From: a virus
Lineage: Duplodnaviria; Caudoviricetes
Direction: 5' to 3' (one strand)
Length of the DNA stretch: 53,810 bases
IMG/VR virus record: IMGVR_UViG_3300030099_000437
Coordinates: 1 to 53,810 of that record
Part shown: positions 1 through 9,101 of the stretch, piece by piece
How the letters are laid out: every line of letters begins with the position of its first letter
Position numbering within the stretch: the first letter of the stretch is position 1
Translations under genes and position numbers: made by a program
Notes under the pieces: generated by a model
Databases searched by the model: none
The model's input: the letters and a program-made list of their open reading frames with translations, nothing else
Told to the model about the DNA's origin: nothing

Positions 1-365
1 GTGGCTAATATAGTTGTGCTTATATCCATGCTTTGTGCATTAGTTCTAAACATACCACCATTTTTAAAGTTACCTTTGTTTTCTGCTGCAGGTGTTACTG
101 TAGCTCCACCTACCTCTAGGAAGTATACAAAGATATTATTACCTGAGTTAGAAGAAGGTGCAGCAGTAAATGTTAATGTTGAACCATCAGGTACACTATA
201 GGCTGTAGTATCCTGTACAACACCATCTACAGATACAAGTATGTCTTGTACAGAGCCAATCGTTCTACCTAAGTCAAATGTAGTGTCTGAACCATCACCA
301 CTGAACCTAACAACAGCAGGAGCAGTTTGAAAGTTAGACTCTGGTTCTACTCCGATATATGGCAT
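1..365 (-). CDS. Tail/fibre-associated structural protein, truncated at window edge
   Basis: Not in ORF track; ATG at 365, open to position 1 (MPYIGVEPESNFQTAPAVVRFSGDGSDTTF...ILVSVDGVVQ...RTNAQSMDISTTILA); directly follows 367..726. Confidence 0.75.
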   Translation of the reverse strand, partial: MPYIGVEPESNFQTAPAVVRFSGDGSDTTFDLGRTIGSVQDILVSVDGVVQDTTAYSVPDGSTLTFTAAPSSNSGNNIFVYFLEVGGATVTPAAENKGNFKNGGMFRTNAQSMDISTTILA

Positions 366-366
366 A

Positions 367-726
367 TTATGTTATCTCCATGATACTAAGTGTGCCTGAA
401 AGTTTATCCGCTACTGAGCAATCTACTCTTAATAAATCTCCAGTTTCTAGTATAACCTTACCACCTGATAATAATTCTAGTGAAGACCCTACAGGTATTG
501 GCACATCTTTAGCTAAAAAAGAAGTTCCATTGTTTGCGGCTCTACCACCACCTGATGTAGTACTAACAAGCTCAACTTCTGTTGTTACTTGAGAAGTGTG
601 TATATTAGTTAATATTAATCCAATTACAACGGTTGTTGTACTTCCGGGGACTGTATAAATAGTATAAGGTGTACCTGCAGCGTTTGGCTCTGCTGCGAAT
701 GTTACCACTCTAAATGTATTTGCCAT
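367..726 (-). CDS. Small beta-rich virion structural protein
   Basis: 119 aa, AGGAG RBS upstream, lies in tail module; paralogous to 23621..23971. Confidence 0.65.
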   Translation of the reverse strand: MANTFRVVTFAAEPNAAGTPYTIYTVPGSTTTVVIGLILTNIHTSQVTTEVELVSTTSGGGRAANNGTSFLAKDVPIPVGSSLELLSGGKVILETGDLLRVDCSVADKLSGTLSIMEIT

Positions 727-739
727 CTCTTTCTCCTAA

Positions 740-3700
740 CTATCCGAGGGCTATCGCAAGTGCGGTGGGGTCATCTGTAGTAAACCCTGCACTAGTTAAA
801 TATGTTTTTAAATCTGTTAATGCAACCTGCTTCATTGTTCCATTATCGTTTGTTACTAATCTATCTGCATCTGCAAGAGTTGTAGATGAAGCAGCTGTAC
901 CACCGTCCATAATATTTAACTCCGCAGCAGTAGCATTTATAGAAGTTCCTCCTATTTGTAAAGTAGTAGCATTGACTTCACCACTAGAACCGTAGATGAC
1001 TGCTTTGCTATTTACTATTGTTCCTGCAGAAGAACCGTCAACTAAATTTAACTCTGCACCTGTAGAAGTAACTGCTGTTCCTCCATAGTTTAAGTTACTC
1101 GCAGCTATATTAACTTCACCTGTTCCTTTTGGTGATATGTCAATATCTATGTTTGAGTCATCTCCTGATGCTCCTACAACTACTGAACCACCTGAGGCTG
1201 AGTTTGTTACCTCTAATTGATTAACTGCAGAAGAAGCAGTCTGTAGCATAATAAGTTCATTACCGTTAGCATCAGCTATAAATCCACCATCAGCAAACTT
1301 TGGAGCAGTAAGTGTTTTGTTAGTTAGAGTCTTTGTTGTACCTGCAAAGTATGTATCTAACAAATCTACGTCAAAGTATTTTGCTGCAGTAGCTGATGTA
1401 TCAAACATTAAGATACCATCATTGTTAGCAACGGCTGTGCTTGTGTCAACACTTATTGCAGAGTTATCAGCGACAGTATTTAATTCAGCACCTGTAGCAT
1501 TAAGACCTGTCACATTTCTGTTATCATCTACATAAGTCTTAATAGCTTTAGCAGAAGCTAGGGTGTCATCACTACCTGATACAGAACTTATATCTGTGTC
1601 TATAGACGCTATGCCATCTAATACATTAAGTTCTGCAGCAGTTGCTGTTACGTTTGTACCACCAATATCAAGAGTAGTTACAGATAATTCACCTGCTACT
1701 GTTGCAACACCATTGGCTAAAGTAATAAGGTCTGTATCATCTGTGTGTCCTATTGTAGAGCCATTGATTAGAACATCATCTATATCAAGAGAGCCACCTG
1801 TAATAAGACCTGTAGTTGTTATTGTAGAAGACCCTGTATCTATTGTGCCAAAGCCACTTGTAATACTACCTGAGTCTAATGCTCCAACTGTAGTAGCAGC
1901 AGTAGTTACTAGGTTAGGCATTGCAGTTATTTCGTCATCAAAATATGCTGCAAGGTCAGTAACAGCTACCTGAACCATTGTGCCATTATCGTTTAAAACA
2001 ACTCTGTCTGCGTCAGCTACTGTTGTTGATGTTGCTGATGTATTACCATCTACTATGTTAAGTTCAGTAGCAGTAGATGTTACACCATCAAGAATATTAA
2101 GTTCTGCAGTTGTGGCTGTCACACCATCTAATATATTCAATTCTGCAGGAGTAGAAGTAATTGCTGTATCACTGTCTGCAGCTAATACTGGTAATGTTCC
2201 AGATTGATTAGGTAGCTTTATAGTTCTGTCTGCAGTAGGGTCTGTTATTGTTAGTGTTGTTTCGTGAGCATCTGCAGTAGCACCTTCAAATACAATAGCA
2301 TTCTGTGCATTCATTGTGACAGTATCTACAACTGTCTGTGTTCCACTAACTGTTAAGTTTCCTGTAACAGTAAGATTATCACCTATTGTTACTTCAGAAG
2401 TACCATGTCCTATTGTTATGGCTGTACCTGAGATGCCTGTACCAATAGAGACTGACTCACTACTATTAGCTGTGTCAATAATTAAATAAGCATCAGAACC
2501 TTGTTTAATCGTAAATGCTGTTGCTGAGTTATCAGATACAGCTACATTGATGTCTGTGCCATCTGCACTGATAGAGTCAAGGGCAATGTCACCTACATTA
2601 GTGATAGCGTTATCGTTAAAAGATGTAGCACCTAAAGATACTGTACCTGTTGCTGTAAGATTATCAGAACCAATATCTATATTACCAAAGCCTGATGTAA
2701 TAGAACCACTATCTAATGCACCTACAGTTGTAGCCGCTGTTGTAACAAGATTAGGCATGGCTGTAATCTCATCATCAAAGTATGCAGCTAAGTCTGTTAC
2801 AGCAACTTGTACCATAGTACCGTTGTCATTCATTACTACTCTGTCAGCATCTGCGACAGTAGTAGATGTAGCTGAAGTATCACCGTCTACTATATTAAGT
2901 TCTGCTGTTGTAGATGTTACCCCATCCATAATATTGAGTTCGGATGTAGTAGCAGTAACTCCATCCATAATGTTTAACTCAGAGGTAGTTGCAGTTACAC
3001 CATCAAGAATGTTTAACTCAGCTGCAGTAGAGGTAACATTTGTTCCACCTATATCTAAGGTGGTCATTGAGACTTCACCTGCTGCAGTAACATTAGCACC
3101 ACTAAATGTTAATGCTGTAGTGCTACCAGACTTTATTATAAGATTACCTGAACTATTTGTTAGAGCAGCATATTGTGTTCCTGCATCCTTTAAAAGAACA
3201 TCTGCTCCATCTGCATCTAGTATTATATCACCTGCAACATCTAATGTCAAGTCTCCAGATGATAAATCTATCTCTGTGCCATCAATAGTTATATTATCTA
3301 CTACAACCCCTGCATTAGCTGTAACAGCCCCTGTAACCCCCAAAGTTCCTGCTATAGTGGCATTCTCGTCTACGTCTAGGGTATCTACATGGGCTGTACC
3401 ATCAAGGTACAAGTCCTTAAATTCTGTGCCTGAAGCACCTAAGTCTATATCATTATCTGTGACAGGAAGTATAGAACCATCTTGTATTCTTATTTGCTCA
3501 ACTGCAGCACTGCTAACTTCACTAAAGAAACCTACTCTATTATTACTTGTGTCAACTACAACTTTATTTAAAGCATCAGTATCTGCAATAAGTCCTACAT
3601 ATGCACCCTCAGTAGATGAACCATCATGGTTATGTCCACCACTGAATGCAAATGCTGTAACGATTGCATTTAATTCTGCATTAATCGGAGCAGACTTTAC

Positions 3701-3751
3701 AACCTGACCTGACTGAATATCTGCAGTATTTGTCCTTGCATAACCTGCCAT
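740..3751 (-). CDS. Tail fibre protein with internal repeats
   Basis: 1003 aa, T/S/G/D-rich, 13-aa ELNxxDGVT repeats and a duplicated ~100-aa block; follows tail tubular genes. Confidence 0.8.
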   Translation of the reverse strand: MAGYARTNTADIQSGQVVKSAPINAELNAIVTAFAFSGGHNHDGSSTEGAYVGLIADTDALNKVVVDTSNNRVGFFSEVSSAAVEQIRIQDGSILPVTDNDIDLGASGTEFKDLYLDGTAHVDTLDVDENATIAGTLGVTGAVTANAGVVVDNITIDGTEIDLSSGDLTLDVAGDIILDADGADVLLKDAGTQYAALTNSSGNLIIKSGSTTALTFSGANVTAAGEVSMTTLDIGGTNVTSTAAELNILDGVTATTSELNIMDGVTATTSELNIMDGVTSTTAELNIVDGDTSATSTTVADADRVVMNDNGTMVQVAVTDLAAYFDDEITAMPNLVTTAATTVGALDSGSITSGFGNIDIGSDNLTATGTVSLGATSFNDNAITNVGDIALDSISADGTDINVAVSDNSATAFTIKQGSDAYLIIDTANSSESVSIGTGISGTAITIGHGTSEVTIGDNLTVTGNLTVSGTQTVVDTVTMNAQNAIVFEGATADAHETTLTITDPTADRTIKLPNQSGTLPVLAADSDTAITSTPAELNILDGVTATTAELNILDGVTSTATELNIVDGNTSATSTTVADADRVVLNDNGTMVQVAVTDLAAYFDDEITAMPNLVTTAATTVGALDSGSITSGFGTIDTGSSTITTTGLITGGSLDIDDVLINGSTIGHTDDTDLITLANGVATVAGELSVTTLDIGGTNVTATAAELNVLDGIASIDTDISSVSGSDDTLASAKAIKTYVDDNRNVTGLNATGAELNTVADNSAISVDTSTAVANNDGILMFDTSATAAKYFDVDLLDTYFAGTTKTLTNKTLTAPKFADGGFIADANGNELIMLQTASSAVNQLEVTNSASGGSVVVGASGDDSNIDIDISPKGTGEVNIAASNLNYGGTAVTSTGAELNLVDGSSAGTIVNSKAVIYGSSGEVNATTLQIGGTSINATAAELNIMDGGTAASSTTLADADRLVTNDNGTMKQVALTDLKTYLTSAGFTTDDPTALAIALG

Positions 3752-5538
3752 TACCTTACATCCCCCAATCCATAAGTAATTGTAAATCCCTGTATACTGT
3801 GACTTTCATTTTTATCATCTGTAACATACGTAAGAGCTAGTGCTTTACCTGAACCAGAAAAAGTAACAGACTCCACAGGAGATGGATTACCATCAAATAT
3901 ATCACTAGTATCAAAAACAGCCACGTTTGTTCCTCTGTCAAAAAATGCTCCCGGACTTGAAGTAGAAAGCGATAAGTTATCAGGAGTTGCTACATCTGTA
4001 TTATCGTAGTCATATGTTACAGACAATGCTATCGAAAAGTTACCCTCTGCACTCATATAGGTAGAAGCATTATAAAAAGTTTTTCTTTGCTCTGGATTAT
4101 CCATATAGATAAAAGGAGTTTTAAATATACTTAATATATTACTCGTATCAAAAGCATTACCAGATTCTTGTCTATATACTTTACCATTAGATTGTCCATG
4201 TATTATAAACTCTTCTTGACCTATATATCCACTATCTGCACATGTACATTCTATACCAAAAGTTTGAGTAAACTCAAAAGATATATTCCCACCTTTTTCT
4301 CTCAGTCCTCCTAATATTCCTTGAGAAGAAGACCCTGAAAATAAGTATCTAAACTGTGACTTACTCCTAACTATTACAGACGAGAGAGTAGTTAAGTCTT
4401 CTGCGTTTATTATCCCTGTAACTGTAGACTGTATATTCTTAGAAATTGTTTCAAGATTAACGTCACCAATCTTTGCTGTACCACCAATAGGTCTAATACC
4501 GTCAGGTGCTAAGAATAGTAAGTCACCACCTAATTCTACCACACTATCTGTTGCTAGACACCCTAAGTTTGAAGTAACTGTTTCTAACGTAAAGTTAGCA
4601 GAGTTTTCTCCTACTAATCTTTTAATATTATTTGTACCAAATATGTATAGTACGTTACGAAACTTCTTTATAGCAACTATCTCAAAACCTACATTTATAA
4701 CTCCACCACCATTAGCAGGACTAAAATCGGTTTCTGCAGTAGGAGCAGAAAAGAATAAGTTACTAACTTGTGCAGGGTCTCCTGCAAGAAACAAATGGTT
4801 CTGAAACTCTGCAGACATTGTAGGGTCTGTTGGTGCATTCGAATCTGTTATCTGCGTATATGTACTACCATCATATGTAGCTGCAGGATTAATACCATCT
4901 GTCAATATAACTTTAGGAGTTCCAAAGTTTATTTCCGTAAATCTAACTTTACTCACACCTGTCATAGTTGGTGAGCCACTTGTAGTTACTGCAGTCCAAC
5001 CCACTACAGTAGGAGTAGAAGTTACTGTTGTCTCTGCTTCTGATGTTCCTCCTGTAAGAACATTACCTGTTGCAAAAACAGAAGTTGGTATTCTACCAAA
5101 ATCTATAGTTAAAGAAGCAGAAGCTCTTGCTTTTACAGTTCCTGAAATACCTGTAGATGTGCTATCACTAGAACTTGTTACGGCTGTTACTGTTTCTCCA
5201 ACAGTAAAGTTTGTTCCTTGCCCTGAAGTAACTGGTACAGTGAAATAAAAACTCCAATGATGAAGATAATTATTTCCTGAAGAAGGTGTTCTACAGGCTA
5301 GTATTCCTTGATTAACACCATTAGCTACAGCAACACCCAGTATTGAACCAGTTCCGGGAACTGTGCCTAAATCATTAGCAAATCCAGAAAGTCTTCTATA
5401 GCCACCCTCAAGGTTAGGTTCATAATTTAATAACTGTGTAGCAGACCCCGGACTTTCTTGTCCTAGAGTAAGAACATCTGCACCAGTATTTAAACCGCCT
5501 CTACAGTTTGCTTTAAAGGTAGATACTGCATCTGCCAT
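3751..5538 (-). CDS. Tail tubular protein B / nozzle-like protein
   Basis: 595 aa beta-propeller-like composition (GC...S...G.D.FL..DG.R pattern); position after adaptor gene. Confidence 0.7.
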   Translation of the reverse strand: MADAVSTFKANCRGGLNTGADVLTLGQESPGSATQLLNYEPNLEGGYRRLSGFANDLGTVPGTGSILGVAVANGVNQGILACRTPSSGNNYLHHWSFYFTVPVTSGQGTNFTVGETVTAVTSSSDSTSTGISGTVKARASASLTIDFGRIPTSVFATGNVLTGGTSEAETTVTSTPTVVGWTAVTTSGSPTMTGVSKVRFTEINFGTPKVILTDGINPAATYDGSTYTQITDSNAPTDPTMSAEFQNHLFLAGDPAQVSNLFFSAPTAETDFSPANGGGVINVGFEIVAIKKFRNVLYIFGTNNIKRLVGENSANFTLETVTSNLGCLATDSVVELGGDLLFLAPDGIRPIGGTAKIGDVNLETISKNIQSTVTGIINAEDLTTLSSVIVRSKSQFRYLFSGSSSQGILGGLREKGGNISFEFTQTFGIECTCADSGYIGQEEFIIHGQSNGKVYRQESGNAFDTSNILSIFKTPFIYMDNPEQRKTFYNASTYMSAEGNFSIALSVTYDYDNTDVATPDNLSLSTSSPGAFFDRGTNVAVFDTSDIFDGNPSPVESVTFSGSGKALALTYVTDDKNESHSIQGFTITYGLGDVR

Positions 5539-5553
5539 ATCACAAACTCAACA

Positions 5554-6285
5554 CTAGCTAAACGTACTTAACATATGAGATGCAAATTTAGGTCTAGTTA
5601 TCATACTAGACCTTACTGCTAGTGGGTCATCCAATAGCAGTCTACGCATTGTTTTAATGCCTTCTGAGAATTTTTGTTGATGTATTTGTGCTGATTGTTC
5701 ATTAGACCTAAATCTCATCATATAAGTCATACCACCATCTATGATAATATATTTAAATCTATCTGGTATAATCATCGTATCATCAAATGCCACTAAATCA
5801 TTTGGGAATTTATAATAAACATACTCTACTACATAAGCTGCATTTGGAAGTGGTGTAACACCAAACTTATTTTCAGAAGTTTGATATACAAGGTTAGGCA
5901 CAGTCCTGCCTTCACTACCAGAGTTTTCTTCTATTGCTTTATAAAATCTTACATACTCATCAAAAGTAATTGTTGATATAGATTTTGCAGAGTTATTCTG
6001 ACTGTCTAGTTTTTGTAGATAAAATGTATCCCAGTCTGCACTAGCTAAGTCAGTGGGAAAATCATATGTTCCTGTTCCTGCTGTAAGTGTTTGTGTAGTT
6101 GTAGTTTTAAGAAACGGAAACTGATGTCCGTCTTGTAGAATTTCTCTTATTGCATTATTAATTGCATCTTTAGCAATAGCCTGAACATTTTTAACCGTGC
6201 TAAAACCATCACCTGAGGTATCAAGAGTGACTTCATTCATCCTTCTAAGAAGGTCATTAACTAATGTAATGTATGTTGTAGCCAC
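5554..6285 (-). CDS. Tail tubular protein A / head-tail adaptor
   Basis: 243 aa, N-terminal TYITLVNDLLRRMNEV helix typical of adaptors; position after capsid genes; GTG start. Confidence 0.7.
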   Translation of the reverse strand: MATTYITLVNDLLRRMNEVTLDTSGDGFSTVKNVQAIAKDAINNAIREILQDGHQFPFLKTTTTQTLTAGTGTYDFPTDLASADWDTFYLQKLDSQNNSAKSISTITFDEYVRFYKAIEENSGSEGRTVPNLVYQTSENKFGVTPLPNAAYVVEYVYYKFPNDLVAFDDTMIIPDRFKYIIIDGGMTYMMRFRSNEQSAQIHQQKFSEGIKTMRRLLLDDPLAVRSSMITRPKFASHMLSTFS

Positions 6286-6305
6286 TCTTTACCTTTCATT
6301 CTCGT

Positions 6306-6333
6306 AGGGGCAAGGAGTAATTTCCCTGCCCCT
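6306..6333 (-). terminator. GC-rich hairpin after capsid genes (terminator or mRNA stabiliser)
   Basis: AGGGGCAAGGA-gtaattt-CCCTGCCCCT imperfect inverted repeat just downstream of the 6346 stop; no U-tract on minus strand. Confidence 0.5.
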
Positions 6334-6345
6334 GAAGTTTTTAAA

Positions 6346-6876
6346 TTAAGCTAAAAAGTCTCTATCGACTTCTGTTGCTCTATCCACAGCACCGTGGTCA
6401 TTACAGTCAATCACAGTTGCATAGACACGTAGTCTACCTGTAGCAGGAGCAGCACCTGCAATCGTGCAGTCAATAGTATCAGCAGTGCTGATAAACTGAG
6501 TGTACGTTGAAGCAGCACTTCCTACAACAGTATTTGTTTGACCATTTGTACCTGCAGCACAGAACCCTGTTGAGGTAATGTCAGCACCATCAATGATGTC
6601 ATCACCACCGTCAAAGTCCATGTCTAAGGTACAGCTAGAAGTAAATGCTTTCATTACCTCTGCTCCTGCGTTTAGCACTAAGCATCCTGCAGGAATCTCA
6701 AGCATTTGAAAGACATCTCCATTAGCAAGAGAATTACCTGCTGCTATTAAAGCGTCAATATCCAAATACTCTTGGATTGTTTGAGGCATATGTGTACCTT
6801 GATGTGAAGGTAGAGTTGCGATAGAGTTAGAACCAACACCAGTGGTTGATTTTGCTGTTAAGTCAAAAGTTGCCAT
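6346..6876 (-). CDS. Capsid decoration / minor capsid protein
   Basis: 176 aa directly downstream of major capsid gene, strong GGGAGGG RBS. Confidence 0.6.
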   Translation of the reverse strand: MATFDLTAKSTTGVGSNSIATLPSHQGTHMPQTIQEYLDIDALIAAGNSLANGDVFQMLEIPAGCLVLNAGAEVMKAFTSSCTLDMDFDGGDDIIDGADITSTGFCAAGTNGQTNTVVGSAASTYTQFISTADTIDCTIAGAAPATGRLRVYATVIDCNDHGAVDRATEVDRDFLA

Positions 6877-6890
6877 ATCAGTACCCTCCC

Positions 6891-7961
6891 TTACGCTATG
6901 TTATATTTAGCAGTTACGATAGCTTCTGGACGAAGTATCTTTCTGCCATATAGGTGCATACCACGAACAATGTCAGCAAAGCTGTCAGGGTCACGATAAG
7001 TTTCAGTTTTGCTGAGTTGTTCAGCAGTTGCGACAGCAGAGCCATGACCTGCAACAATAACACCAAAGTTTGAGTTCTGGTTTGCTGAACCTGATGTTCC
7101 CGGACCAGTACCTACAGATGGTAAGTTGCTAGAAACATAAACTCTAAAACCTGCTAAGTTACCTATTACAAGACCATTCTTTACAGAAGCGTCTGCATAG
7201 TCAGCATGAACTAACTTAGAGTTTTCTTCAGATAGCAGTTCCATGAATACAGGGTCAATAACTAACCATCTGTCCTGAGTATCAACTTGCTGTTGGTTTA
7301 AAAGTCTAACCATTCTATTGACAACTTGTGTTGGACTCACAGTTCCTGTTGGAAGAGAAGTAGCACCATTAGGAACATTTGCAAGAGGAATAGAATGGTC
7401 TCCTGCACTTGATGTTGTAATTTGACCAAATGAACTCTTAATCAATTTCATGCTTGACAACAATTCATCAGAACCTGCAGTGCTTACTGCTTTTGAACCA
7501 TTAACTTGGTCATTCACAGTATCTGCTTTAGAGTTTATAGATGATTGTTTAAAGCCTGATAGATATCCAAGAACTTCTTGGTCATACTGGTCAGCAAGCC
7601 TATAAGCGGCTCTATCAGTTGCAAGGTCCATAAAGTTTACATGACTGTGTGCTTCCTCAATGTCATCCATTTTAAAAGCATAGTAGTTTGCTTTATCAAC
7701 AACAAGTTGGAAGTCCTCGTCATCGAGGTCTTGTGCAGTCACTTGAGTACCTCTTGCGTACTCTTTAACTGAAATTTCAGGTTCTTTAATAATCCTGACG
7801 GTATCGCCCTGATTAGAAATTTCCCCAAAATAGTCAGAGTTAGTAATATCTCCTACAACAGTAGCTTTGCGGAATGCAAGCTGTACCTGTTTGGAGTAGA
7901 TTATCGGACTAAAATTACCATTAGGTAAATTGCCGTAACCTGACGTAGTTTGAAAAGCCAT
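6891..7961 (-). CDS. Major capsid protein
   Basis: 356 aa, NFSPIIYSKQVQLAFRK...YFGEI...GDTVRI start and DIVRGMHLYGRKILRPEA end typical of marine podovirus capsids; AAGGAGG RBS. Confidence 0.9.
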   Translation of the reverse strand: MAFQTTSGYGNLPNGNFSPIIYSKQVQLAFRKATVVGDITNSDYFGEISNQGDTVRIIKEPEISVKEYARGTQVTAQDLDDEDFQLVVDKANYYAFKMDDIEEAHSHVNFMDLATDRAAYRLADQYDQEVLGYLSGFKQSSINSKADTVNDQVNGSKAVSTAGSDELLSSMKLIKSSFGQITTSSAGDHSIPLANVPNGATSLPTGTVSPTQVVNRMVRLLNQQQVDTQDRWLVIDPVFMELLSEENSKLVHADYADASVKNGLVIGNLAGFRVYVSSNLPSVGTGPGTSGSANQNSNFGVIVAGHGSAVATAEQLSKTETYRDPDSFADIVRGMHLYGRKILRPEAIVTAKYNIA

Positions 7962-8166
7962 AATAAATCCTCCTTATAATAGGTTTGGCTCGATTAAAAG
8001 CTAAACATTATACGTAGAGGCTATATTTTCTAGAGTGCATACGGTTATTCGATAGCTAATCTTGTAACCAATGGGTCTATACTTATATAGGTAGTCGTAG
8101 TTAAGGTTTAGACTCGAATTTAAACTAAGACATAAAGGTAGTCTAATAAGAGGCTTTGTGTCTTAG
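7962..8166 (-). promoter_or_regulatory. Structured 5' leader of the major capsid gene
   Basis: ~200-nt non-coding; stems CTAAGACA/TGTCTTAG and CTATAT/ATATAG with repeated CTAC / CCTC internal-loop motif. Confidence 0.6.
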
Positions 8167-8170
8167 TCAC

Positions 8171-8200
8171 TAGTTATACAGATAAAATGTTATTTGTCAA
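8171..8200 (-). promoter_or_regulatory. Promoter for capsid operon
   Basis: TTGACA-N16-TATAACTAG on minus strand. Confidence 0.7.
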
Positions 8201-8204
8201 CAAT

Positions 8205-9068
8205 TTATCTACGATTTCCTGATAAATCATAAATGATTTTACCAGAACGTCTAGCTACATTTATTTTATCAATATTTGCAGCATATTCTCTATCAGACAT
8301 TTTTTCAATATCTGACTCTTTAATTGTATCTGCAAGTTCTTCAGCATCTACTTGGGTTTTTGAACCCTTGTTTACTAAGGAAGCCGCAGCTTTTCTTTTA
8401 TTTTTCTTATCACTGGGAGTAAGCCCATTGTCAACTTTATATAAATCCAAGACCCTAATAACACTGGCAGGGTCATCAGTATTTTTGTAAAGAGCTTCCT
8501 GAATCCATTTAGGCTGTTCTTCAACCCAGTTATGAAACTCCTCAGAGTTACGTAGCTTATCAAAGTCTTTATGATGTTCCCTAATTTCATTTTCTGCTTG
8601 ACTCCTTGTTGCCTCTGACCTTGCTCTAGTCAGTTCTTCAATTTGTATATTTGCTTTGTCAAACATTTGTTTAGCTCGTTTATCAGCTATAGTTTCTACT
8701 ATACCTGCAACATCAGGATACTTTTCTACCCATGCTGCAATATCCTCATCAGACTTAGGAGGAACAAGATGTTCTGTTTGACCTAGCTTTTCTTCTAGTT
8801 TTTTTATTTTTTCTGCGTATTCTTTTTCTTTTTGTTGAGAGTGTCTACGCAAATCTCCATACCGTGTTTTAAAAGATTTCTCTTCATCGTTTAAAACTTC
8901 TTCAGGCTTTGCCTCTGTTTCTTCAGCAGGAGGAGCTTCTTCAGTTTTACCTTCCATAAGTTCCTTCAACTCTTGTTCATCTTTTTCAATCTTATCTTTG
9001 TACTTAGAACGACTTCTACTTACAAATCCTGCAGTTGTTTGGGGTTCGACTTCTGCTAGTTCTGGCAT
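8205..9068 (-). CDS. Capsid scaffolding protein
   Basis: 287 aa, charged coiled-coil, FKTRYGDLRRH motif, immediately upstream of capsid gene. Confidence 0.75.
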   Translation of the reverse strand: MPELAEVEPQTTAGFVSRSRSKYKDKIEKDEQELKELMEGKTEEAPPAEETEAKPEEVLNDEEKSFKTRYGDLRRHSQQKEKEYAEKIKKLEEKLGQTEHLVPPKSDEDIAAWVEKYPDVAGIVETIADKRAKQMFDKANIQIEELTRARSEATRSQAENEIREHHKDFDKLRNSEEFHNWVEEQPKWIQEALYKNTDDPASVIRVLDLYKVDNGLTPSDKKNKRKAAASLVNKGSKTQVDAEELADTIKESDIEKMSDREYAANIDKINVARRSGKIIYDLSGNRR

Positions 9069-9101
9069 ATTTTTCTCCTTTTATTGGGGCTGACTTGATT
9101 G

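Noticed and set aside
2547-3707. Long antisense ORF (386 aa) and other opposite-strand ORFs in the track
   Set aside because: Shadows of codon bias in the real genes; no RBS, low-information translations
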